Below, piece after piece: positions 18,283 to 26,033 of a stretch of 30,688 nucleotides of DNA. Source of the stretch: Hormoscilla sp. (GTDB taxonomy: Bacteria; Cyanobacteriota; Cyanobacteriia; Cyanobacteriales; Desertifilaceae); contig JBFRWI010000225.1 in NCBI GenBank assembly GCA_051439505.1, positions 1-30,688 of the forward strand, written 5' to 3'. Numbering within the stretch: the stretch's first letter is position 1; every line of letters starts with the position of its first letter. The position numbers were made by a program, and so were the translations under genes. The notes under the pieces were generated by a model. That model was not told where the DNA came from, did no database searches, and saw nothing but the letters and a program-made list of their open reading frames with translations.

Positions 18283-18948
18283 ATGACGCTTTGGCTGGCT
18301 ATCAATGGGGTTTTACTTTTGCTTGCCTATCTGCTAGGATCTCTGCCCACGGGCTATCTGGCAGGACGCTGGCTGCAAGGAATCGATCTTCGCGAGCATG
18401 GTTCCGGTTCTACGGGGGCGACAAATGTGCTGCGGACTCTGGGAAAAATTCCCGCGATCGCTGTTTTATCAGTTGACGTGCTTAAAGGTGTGCTGGCGAT
18501 CGCCCTTGTGGATCTAGTTTATACTTTTGATGCACTGCAGGCGATCGCGTCCTGGCAGCCTTGGATGGTCACTTTGGCAGGCTTAGGGGCGATTTTAGGT
18601 CATAGTAAGTCCATCTGGCTGAAGTTCAAAGGCGGTAAGTCTGTGGCTACGAGTCTGGGAATTTTGCTGGCCCTGTCCTGGCAAGTGGGACTCTTAACTA
18701 TGGGGGTGTTTGGCTTGGTAATGGCAATTTCCCGCATAGTCTCTCTCAGTTCTATTGTAGCCGCGATCGCCTTATCGGGTATCATGTTCGTGCTAGGTCA
18801 ACCTTTGGCTTACGAACTGTTCGCGATCGCGGCTAGTTTGTACGTGATCTGGCTGCACCGCACGAATATCCAAAGGTTGCTAGCAGGAACGGAACCAAAG
18901 GTGGGACAAAAGCTATCACAGCCGTCAGAACCAAGTCTGGAAAGCTAG
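18283..18948 (+). CDS. plsY: Glycerol-3-phosphate 1-O-acyltransferase PlsY
   Basis: AYLLGSLP, DLREHGSGSTGATNVLR, DVLKG, LGHS...FKGGKSVAT, HRTNIQRL. Confidence 0.96.
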   Translation: MTLWLAINGVLLLLAYLLGSLPTGYLAGRWLQGIDLREHGSGSTGATNVLRTLGKIPAIAVLSVDVLKGVLAIALVDLVYTFDALQAIASWQPWMVTLAGLGAILGHSKSIWLKFKGGKSVATSLGILLALSWQVGLLTMGVFGLVMAISRIVSLSSIVAAIALSGIMFVLGQPLAYELFAIAASLYVIWLHRTNIQRLLAGTEPKVGQKLSQPSEPSLES

Positions 18949-18956
18949 TAATTTTT

Positions 18957-19050
18957 GTAGGTAGGGTTGAGGAACGAAACCCAACAAATAAATGTTGTTA
19001 GCGTTGTGCTCGTTGGGTTACCCCTCGTTCCCACGGCTCTGCCTGGGAAC
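18957..19050. repeat. Composite REP-like repeats (GTAGG..GGGTT..AAACCCAAC and GTTCCC..GGGAAC)
   Basis: The first family recurs at 21440-21469 (inverted) and 25714-25742. The second recurs at ~2547-2568, ~25832-25854 and, degenerately, near 29694 and 30253. Confidence 0.7.
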
Positions 19051-19110
19051 GGGTTCGGGCGGCGTTGGTGGGGGGCGGCGACAAAAATCTGAATTTTTTG
19101 TGAATAACAC

Positions 19111-19140
19111 TTGACAGGAGGCAGTCCCATGGGTTAGGAT
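19111..19140 (+). promoter_or_regulatory. Putative sigma70-type promoter of the AAA ATPase
   Basis: TTGACA (19111-19116), 18-nt spacer, TAGGAT (19135-19140). Confidence 0.55.
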
Positions 19141-19204
19141 AAAACAACTGAGGATTGAAGGGTAATCTCATGCCATCGGGGTAATTAGACAGCAGAGAGA
19201 AATT

Positions 19205-20431
19205 ATGATTTCAAAAATCACATTGGAGAATTTTTTTAGCTTCCGACAGCCGACGACGATCGAACTCAATCCGGATGTGAATATTCTCATGGGAATTAAT
19301 GGCAGTGGCAAATCCAATTTTATGAAAGCCATTCAGTTAATATATGAAAGTATTATTGGCAACGGATTGGAAAAAATATTTTTAACAAAATGGAGCGGTT
19401 TTAATACAGTTGCCAATCTCAATAACGACGGAAAAGACTATATTAAACTGTCCGTTGAATTTAATAAAGATGCGATTAACAAGATCGCCGATCGAGAAGG
19501 ATACCTATTTCAAAGTAATCCAATTTACGAGATCCAAATCTGTAAATTGGGTCTCACTTCATATTATTTGAAAGAAAAGTTATCTTCCCCAGGTCAAAGA
19601 CCAGATGAAAATGATTTTATCTTTATGGAAATGGATAATGCCCGGGGTATGATTTCCACAAGGGAAGGAGGAAAAGTTGGTATCCAGAGATATCCGCAAG
19701 CAGGGAAACAGCTAACTTTCAAATCAACAGAGCCGGTTCTGAGACAAATTTCCGATCCTGAGAGATTTTATCCCTTGTTTACCTTAAAGAGAGCTTTGGA
19801 AGATGCGGCTGTTTATTATTATTTTGATACGACTTTTTCCAGTCCCATCAGACAACCTTCCAGCTATGGGACTGAGACAAAATTGTTACCGGACGGACAA
19901 AATCTGATAACGATTCTTAATAACATCAAAAACAATCATGTTCTCGACTACGAGAAAATCGAAGAAGCGATCGAGAAGGTTAACCCATACTTTAAAGACA
20001 TCAATTTTAATTTTGTCGGTTCCAAGTTATATCTGGTACTGCGCGAAGAGGGTCTGAGAAAGTCCGTTTCTGTTGAACATATCTCAGACGGCACCGTCCG
20101 CTATCTGCTTTTGTTATCAGTATTGTTTAACCCGGAACGAGGCAATCTTGTATGTATTGAGGAGCCGGAAACAAGTCTCCATCCTGATATGATTAATACA
20201 ATAGCAGATGCAATCAAGCAAGCATCAAAAGACACGCAAATGATAATTACTACTCATTCACCATTGTTACTCAATTCGTTCGAGCTAGAGGACGTGTTAA
20301 TCTTTGAAAAAAATGAGCGCAATGAGACAGAGGTAAATATTAAGTCTCCTGATGAATTTGACGGCTGGATGGAGGATTTTCTGGTGGGCCAAGCTTGGCT
20401 GCAAGGTCTGATCGGTGGAAAGAGATGGTAG
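19205..20431 (+). CDS. ABC/SMC-like AAA ATPase (AAA_21-type)
   Basis: ITLENFFSF, Walker A GINGSGKS, signature ISDGT, Walker B/D-loop CIEEPETSLHP, H-loop ITTHS. Confidence 0.9.
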   Translation: MISKITLENFFSFRQPTTIELNPDVNILMGINGSGKSNFMKAIQLIYESIIGNGLEKIFLTKWSGFNTVANLNNDGKDYIKLSVEFNKDAINKIADREGYLFQSNPIYEIQICKLGLTSYYLKEKLSSPGQRPDENDFIFMEMDNARGMISTREGGKVGIQRYPQAGKQLTFKSTEPVLRQISDPERFYPLFTLKRALEDAAVYYYFDTTFSSPIRQPSSYGTETKLLPDGQNLITILNNIKNNHVLDYEKIEEAIEKVNPYFKDINFNFVGSKLYLVLREEGLRKSVSVEHISDGTVRYLLLLSVLFNPERGNLVCIEEPETSLHPDMINTIADAIKQASKDTQMIITTHSPLLLNSFELEDVLIFEKNERNETEVNIKSPDEFDGWMEDFLVGQAWLQGLIGGKRW

Positions 20432-20437
20432 ATACTA

Positions 20438-20572
20438 AACAATTCAAAATTCAAAATTCAAAATTCAAAATATGGCTGCGCCACAGGGCTACGTGTCCTG
20501 CGCGAAGGGGAAAGCCATTGAGAACAAGAGTTGAGCGCGTTTCGGCCTATGCAATTTAAATGCGTGACAGCT
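20438..20572. mobile_element. Small TA-flanked insertion carrying a CAAAATT heptamer tract
   Basis: It interrupts one copy of a duplicated gene junction and has TA on both sides (20436-37, 20573-74). It begins AACAATTCAAAATTCAAAATTC and ends CAATTTAAATGCGTGACAGCT. Confidence 0.5.
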
Positions 20573-20618
20573 TAGGATTATATGGAAGGAGTGCGATCGG
20601 GAAATCCGGTGGAAAGAG

Positions 20619-21266
20619 ATGATAGATATTACGATTTATATAGAAGGAGTGCGATCGGACAATAATGCGGTATTGACAGTTGATAATGCTGCGATTTTTC
20701 GGGAAAAATTTCATAAATTATTTTCTCAGCAGCTATCCCCGGTAAAATTCAATCTGATGATTCAACCCTTGGGAAGCATAACAAAGGCAAGAAAAATGCT
20801 CGAACATATAGAAACACGGGGGACTAATGCCGTTATACTGATTGATTTGGATGCGCCGAGAGAACAAAGAGATGAAAGACTTAAGGGATATAACCCGTTT
20901 GATACAACAAAAATATTTTTTATGATCCAAGAAATGGAAGCATGGATCCTTTCCCAAGTTGACAAAATTGAATAATTCGGAAGGAATGAAGGGTTGATAC
21001 CGAAAATAGCTAATGAAGATATACATAATAATCTTTTAATCAAAAACAGACATCCGGAGGAAATTAGCCAACCAAGTGAAAAACTGGACACAATTTTAAG
21101 GCAATATTTTGATGTTGTCAAAATCAGAAGAGGCAAAGAATACAGAAAAGGGAAAAGATACTCAAAAACTAAGGATGGACCAAAATTAATAGGATTACTT
21201 GAGTTGGAAATTTTGATGCAGGATTTTGATGAAGCAAAGCGGTTAATTGATTATATCCAGAGATAA
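20619..21266 (+). pseudogene. DUF4276-like TOPRIM-type partner of the ATPase, split by an in-frame stop
   Basis: ORFs 20619-20975 and 20994-21266 are in frame (DKIE*FGRNEGLIPK). Motifs IYIEG, ILIDLD, MIQEMEAWIL, HPEEISQP, YSKTKDG. Confidence 0.75.
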
Positions 21267-21324
21267 GCGGAATCTCGGACAGAAAAACATTCGCAATCGT
21301 TGAACTACCCAACCGCTATGAAAC

Positions 21325-21421
21325 GGGTGCCGGTCACAAGTAGTTGATGACAGACAAGAAACCGGGTTTCTGCGATCGATACAGGGGCAAAAGCGAGAAG
21401 GAATTAAGAAACCCGGTTTCT
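21325..21421. repeat. Partial MITE-family copy carrying an AGAAACCGGGTTTCT pair
   Basis: GGGTGCCGGTCACAAGTAGTTGAT..GACAAGAAACCGGGTTTCT resembles the reverse complement of the right end of 23563-23711. Confidence 0.65.
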
Positions 21422-21465
21422 GGCCCCATAACATCTATTGGTTGGGTAAGTAGCGGAAACCCAAC

Positions 21466-21888
21466 CTACTCTGGGGGAAACCAATCTGATTGAATTTGTT
21501 CGGGGGAGTAAGGACAATCTTCTGGAAAATCCCAATCGTCAATTCCGGTTTCATTAGCAGCATCGGCTCTCCCATCACCATATACTTTTGATAGATCTGC
21601 CCAGTATCGCTTTAAGCTGGGAGTATCTCTGAGATAGCGTTTCAGGTGATTGCGTTCTCTTTTGATGGTGATTTCCCAAGACCGAGATCGTTTTTCTGGT
21701 TGATATTCCCATGGTAAAAGATGTTGAATTATTAAGCGAATGGAAGATAAAAAGCGGACTCGTTCTCGCTTACTCAAATCTTTAATTTCTTCAATAATAT
21801 TAACCCAATCTACTTCACTATATCGTTGTGCTTGGATGAGGTTAACTTGTTGTTCTACCCATTGGATGATGTCAGTTTCGTACAGCAT
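21466..21888 (-). CDS. DUF29 family protein
   Basis: LYETD..W..QQ, DWVNIIEEI, SRSWEITI, DTPSLKRY, FPEDCPYS. The stop TAG lies within a GTAG REP-like repeat. Confidence 0.85.
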   Translation of the reverse strand: MLYETDIIQWVEQQVNLIQAQRYSEVDWVNIIEEIKDLSKRERVRFLSSIRLIIQHLLPWEYQPEKRSRSWEITIKRERNHLKRYLRDTPSLKRYWADLSKVYGDGRADAANETGIDDWDFPEDCPYSPEQIQSDWFPPE

Positions 21889-22040
21889 TTTTTCTCCCAA
21901 GTGGTAACCAGGCTGGTGAGGCATCCCATATTTACGCCCGAACCCTAAAGGGTCCGGCTACACGAACAAAGCAATGTCATTGCGAGCGCAGCGCGGCAAC
22001 CGCCGGCGCGGGCTAGATTATAAAACACCAGATGCTCCCA

Positions 22041-22646
22041 CTATAAGTGATCTTCATCCAGTTCTTCCCTAGCCAGCACTTCCATCAACGGCTTCAGATC
22101 GAGATACATTGTACGATATGGATTAGCGGGTGGTAGAGGCTCAGTCGGATCGGCGAACTCAAAGCCTAGCTTGCTATAGAATCCAGATGTATCATAGGGT
22201 GGATCTACGTCAGAATCGTAAAGCGCATCTACAGTAATGAATCTCACCCCGATGATAGGAACAACCTCGGCGATCGCATAATCGATCGCCCACTCCATCA
22301 ACCGCACTCCCAGACCTTTTGTGCGCCGATCGACTGCGAGTAGTCCAATCTTGACGGCTGGAAAAGTACGGTATTTCACGCCTTCTTCAACCAGTAGCAC
22401 ATCCTCCACCTGTAACTTATCTGCTAGAAGAGTAATGTAGCCAGCTAGCGCATTCTCCACTCTACTAATCCAACATTGGCACAGGTAGGCATCAACTTCC
22501 CGCTGGATTCGTCCCTGTTTCCAATAGGTGACAAATTCTCCCCTGACACAGCGAAACCCTTGACCAAGTGACCGAAGTTCAGGGGTTAGCAGTTCTATAT
22601 CGAGTTGGGAAAAGTCTACTCCCTCAAATTTACCGGAATTAGCCAT
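22041..22646 (-). CDS. GNAT acetyltransferase, toxin-like (AtaT/TacT-type)
   Basis: F.C near the N-terminus, AGYITL, YRTFPAVKIGLLAVDRRTKGLG, GVRFITVDA, FYSKLGF, MYLDL. Confidence 0.75.
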   Translation of the reverse strand: MANSGKFEGVDFSQLDIELLTPELRSLGQGFRCVRGEFVTYWKQGRIQREVDAYLCQCWISRVENALAGYITLLADKLQVEDVLLVEEGVKYRTFPAVKIGLLAVDRRTKGLGVRLMEWAIDYAIAEVVPIIGVRFITVDALYDSDVDPPYDTSGFYSKLGFEFADPTEPLPPANPYRTMYLDLKPLMEVLAREELDEDHL

Positions 22647-22803
22647 TTTTCAGACCTTTCTGGCGACGACGAACAGCAAGGCGTTTGGCTAGGGCAAGCA
22701 TCCGATCGTTAACGACTCCTTTGTCAGAATCGATCGCTTCGAGCAATTTCTGAGCGGCAATGCCTGAAACAGGCTGAGATTGTGTCTGGAGAGGATATTT
22801 CAT
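22639..22803 (-). CDS. Small 54-aa protein, candidate antitoxin for the GNAT gene
   Basis: Not in the ORF track. Manual translation: MKYPLQTQSQPVSGIAAQKLLEAIDSDKGVVNDRMLALAKRLAVRRRQKGLKNG*. It overlaps the GNAT start by 8 nt (ATGGCTAA), and a TGCTATAGT extended -10 lies at 22822-22830. Confidence 0.6.
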   Translation of the reverse strand: MKYPLQTQSQPVSGIAAQKLLEAIDSDKGVVNDRMLALAKRLAVRRRQKGLKNG

Positions 22804-23096
22804 GAGGTGAACCTATGATTTACTATAGCAACTGAGAATGCGAGATCGTGTTTGGCGGCGGCTGCAAGTGAAAATTGAACCTGTCGCGATCGCTACCTGC
22901 TGAATCTCGTCACGAGTCCTAGGCGTGAGCCTTGGGTCGTTACCAATATCATAGCACGGGCCGGGCACAGTGGCTAGTTAATCTATCCGTCGAGCGATCG
23001 TCCCCTCCAACTAAGCGCGACTGCTATCCCTTGTCAAAGACATGAGCCGATCGGGTAATATGTCAGTATCGATGTTTCGCAAGGAACCGAATTATC

Positions 23097-23378
23097 ATGT
23101 CGTACAGAGTTAGCATTCAGCTAGAACAGACTGAAGATGGCTATAGTGCCTATTCTCCTGAGCTAGCGGTAGGAAAATTTCAGGGCTCTTCAGTCGATCG
23201 AGTCTTTGATGATTTAAAAGAAGCGGTCAAACTTGACTTGAAAAAACTAGAGGAGAAAGCAAATAATTCATTAAAGGAGAAAGCAAATAATTCATCAGGA
23301 CACTCCATCCTGAAGCTGTTTGAAGACATTGTCAAAGATATGACAGAGGATGAACTTAGCCAACTGCCCACTGGATGA
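23097..23378 (+). CDS. HicB-like antitoxin-domain protein (possibly truncated)
   Basis: MSYRVSIQLEQTEDGYSAYSPEL...QGSSVD...LKEAV fits a HicB N-terminal pattern. It has an internal 24-nt-period duplication. No hicA was seen. Confidence 0.65.
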   Translation: MSYRVSIQLEQTEDGYSAYSPELAVGKFQGSSVDRVFDDLKEAVKLDLKKLEEKANNSLKEKANNSSGHSILKLFEDIVKDMTEDELSQLPTG

Positions 23379-23562
23379 AGTGCTAGTATAATTTCTTACT
23401 TTATACATTATTTTGTTTAGAAGCTTGGATGATTGATGTCCTGAATATAGGGTTGCGATCGGGTGTGGTCTTGCGCCAGTTGGTAGGAGGCGGGGCCCAT
23501 AGCCCGAACCCTAAAGGGCCCGGCTACATGAACAAAGCCCGCCTGCGCGGGCTATATTACAT

Positions 23563-23711
23563 GGGTGTGGTCAAAAACCGTTGGTACGGGGAGACCTCCC
23601 GTGGGGGTTCAGAAACCGGGTTTCTATGGAAATGGCTGCTTTGTGCCCTTAAATTGATAAAAGAAACCCGGTTTCTTGTCCGTTGGCTATCAACTACTTG
23701 TGACCACACCC
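23563..23711. mobile_element. MITE-family copy (149 bp) with different internal cargo and no TSD
   Basis: GGGTGTGGTCAAAAACCGTTGGTA...TATCAACTACTTGTGACCACACCC, with an internal AGAAACCGGGTTTCT / AGAAACCCGGTTTCT pair. Confidence 0.75.
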
Positions 23712-23726
23712 TGTTCGATCGCCCCT

Positions 23727-23816
23727 GCGATCGCCTTATCGGGTATCCGGTTCTTCCTAGGTTAACCTTTGGCTTACGAACTGTTCGCGATCGCGGCTAG
23801 TTTGTACGCGATGTGG
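23727..23816 (+). pseudogene. 90-bp duplicate of an internal plsY segment
   Basis: Ungapped match to 18763-18852 (83/90 identical by manual count), starting exactly at GCGATCGC. Confidence 0.9.
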
Positions 23817-23892
23817 GAAGCGAAAGCCCGCCGGGGGTTGCAAACCCACGGCGGGCCAGGAGACTGAAGCCCTCTGCAATTTACCGATTTTT

Positions 23893-25452
23893 TTAATTAC
23901 CGCTATTGTTTTTGCGCTTGCGTTTTAGTATGGAAGCAGCACCAACACCAACGACTAGCAAACTCAATGTAGTAGAGGGTTCAGGGACTCGCTCTGGAGC
24001 TGTGGGATTTAGTACGGGATTGTCATTTAAGCTCAGAAGATACTCAAAATCGCTATCATCAATGACAGTAACCTGAAATGATTCATCAAAGTAATCAAAA
24101 TCAGGTGCTAAAGTATCCTGAGCAAAACTGAAACCACTACTGCTAAATCCGAAAGGTTGCGCATCACTACGAAATCCCGTTGCTATTTCCAGATTAGCAA
24201 GTGATCTCATACCATCATCAATAAAGTCTAGAAAAGATGAAACGCGAGTAGCATGCGAAGAATCTAAGTAAGTTGAATCTACTTTAAAGTCTGGTAATAA
24301 ACTGACTCCATTTTTTTCCTTCATGAAGGAATTAACCCCCGCAAGTTGACCGTCAATAAATAGTCCGCCACCGCTATCACCTTTAGCTATTTGATATTCT
24401 AGGTCTAACGCGAGATCCAAGTCATATGCTTTCCACTTTTGAGCATTAGTATCGTTACAATTCCATATTTGTATACGAGTTTTGTTGAGCTTAGTCCAAC
24501 CCCATCTAACATCAAGACATTTTCCACCTACATTTTTAATTGACCCATAGTCATCAAAGTTAGGCGAAGTCCACTGTTGAGCTGGGGTGCCATTACTATC
24601 ATATATCCATACAGGAGTACCCCTGTTGTCTATATCTCCCCATTTAACATCAAGAGCCTTCCCACCTATATTTTTTATTTGATCGCCATCTTGATACCAT
24701 TGTTGAGCATAAGTGCCGTTACAATCATAAAGCCAAACAGGCGTCTTGCTATGTGTTATATTTCCCCATTGAACGTCAAGGCATTTGCCTCCTTTATTTT
24801 TAAGTTCAAAAGTCCCTGGTCTGCTAAAATCTGAGAACAACAAACTGTCCTGACCATTATTGGTGCTGCCAATGTTAATTATATTTTGACCAGCCCGTTT
24901 TTGATCTGGACCGCCGTCTCTGTCTGCACCGGTTAAACCATTCCCTGTCCTGCCAAAACCAACGTATGTACCAACTTTCCCGTTTTCATCATTGCCAGAA
25001 AAAAGAGTAGCTGGTTGCACGCTAGAAACTGGATCTAAAAGTCCCAATAGAGCAATGTCATTACCATCTGAGCCAATTCCATTCCATTCTGGATGTTGGA
25101 GGACAGCAGCAGTGTTAACACGATAACGATCATTCCCAAGCCAAAAAGTCCCGCTAGTCAAAAATTCATTTTCGATTTCAAGGCAATGGGCTGCTGTCAG
25201 CACATAACTTGGATTAATCAGAGTTCCCGAACACTGCGACTCCAACCTCCCACTAGAGTTTAGGGCTCTAAGGAAACCAACACTGGGAAACTGATTAGCT
25301 AAATTTCTGTACTCACTATCCTCTACATCGTGGCGGATAGTACCGGCTTTAACAATGGTGCTGCTGGTCGTTACTGCTAGCGCTGTCGCCACAAAGGCAC
25401 TCAGATTTATTGCTTGGCGATGTTTTTTGGCAAAAGACTTGGTAGATGACAT
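23893..25452 (-). CDS. Secreted trypsin-like serine protease with inserted ricin-B lectin domain and PEP-CTERM tail
   Basis: Signal peptide, CSGTLI..VLTAAHC, NDIALL and GDSGGG. Three K(C/A)LDV..Q(Q/K)W repeats at ~24433-24810. Tail is VPEPSTT-TM-KRKRK. RBS GAAGGAGAG precedes ATG 25452. Confidence 0.9.
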   Translation of the reverse strand: MSSTKSFAKKHRQAINLSAFVATALAVTTSSTIVKAGTIRHDVEDSEYRNLANQFPSVGFLRALNSSGRLESQCSGTLINPSYVLTAAHCLEIENEFLTSGTFWLGNDRYRVNTAAVLQHPEWNGIGSDGNDIALLGLLDPVSSVQPATLFSGNDENGKVGTYVGFGRTGNGLTGADRDGGPDQKRAGQNIINIGSTNNGQDSLLFSDFSRPGTFELKNKGGKCLDVQWGNITHSKTPVWLYDCNGTYAQQWYQDGDQIKNIGGKALDVKWGDIDNRGTPVWIYDSNGTPAQQWTSPNFDDYGSIKNVGGKCLDVRWGWTKLNKTRIQIWNCNDTNAQKWKAYDLDLALDLEYQIAKGDSGGGLFIDGQLAGVNSFMKEKNGVSLLPDFKVDSTYLDSSHATRVSSFLDFIDDGMRSLANLEIATGFRSDAQPFGFSSSGFSFAQDTLAPDFDYFDESFQVTVIDDSDFEYLLSLNDNPVLNPTAPERVPEPSTTLSLLVVGVGAASILKRKRKNNSGN

Positions 25453-25583
25453 ATTTCTCTCCTTCAGCTTTGACTTCTGAACAAATTTCAATCAAGCACC
25501 ATCGTTTCATACCCATCAGCCAGATACCTGCTTGACTAGCTGGCTTCAGACTGGTGGCTAGGGCTCTTTCCTTGGACATTACT

Positions 25584-25642
25584 GTTATAGCAGCACTTAA
25601 GGTCAGAAAAAGTCTGATCGAAGTCTGATCAAAGTCTGATAT
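25584..25642 (-). promoter_or_regulatory. Extended -10 plus three phased 11-bp direct repeats (AAGTCTGAT) upstream of the protease
   Basis: Minus-strand TGC-TATAAC at 25584-25592. Plus-strand AAGTCTGATCG / AAGTCTGATCA / AAGTCTGATAT at 25610, 25621 and 25632. Confidence 0.6.
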
Positions 25643-25738
25643 TGGTGCCAGTTGCGGGAGATGCTAGGTGCCGATCGGGCTTTTGGCTCCATAGATAACG
25701 CCATCAGCGGTACGTAGGTTGGGTAGAAGTACGAAACC

Positions 25739-25788
25739 CAACCGGTGCATCTGGTGCCTGGCAGCAACCGGTGCATCTGGTGCCTGGC
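25739..25788. repeat. 26-nt-period tandem duplication
   Basis: CAACCGGTGCATCTGGTGCCTGGC occurs twice. Confidence 0.8.
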
Positions 25789-26033
25789 CGCCCGTAGGTT
25801 CACTCACAGGAGACAGAGCCTCTGACTGACCGTTCCCAGGGAGACCCTGGGAACGAAGGTATATTTATATATCATTAATTTTGCTCTGAAGTTGCCCTGT
25901 TTTGGGTATGCTAATAGATAGAGGGATGACCGGTCTAGGAAGTAGAGCAGCACCGGCAGAATCTAGTTGAGTGAGACTCCCCTGACTTCATCCCTGTTTT
26001 AGAATCACCATGATTTTTGAGAGACTTTGAGCG

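Noticed and set aside
23727..23816. DGR template/variable repeat pair with plsY
   Set aside because: The 7 mismatches are not adenine-specific and no reverse transcriptase is present.
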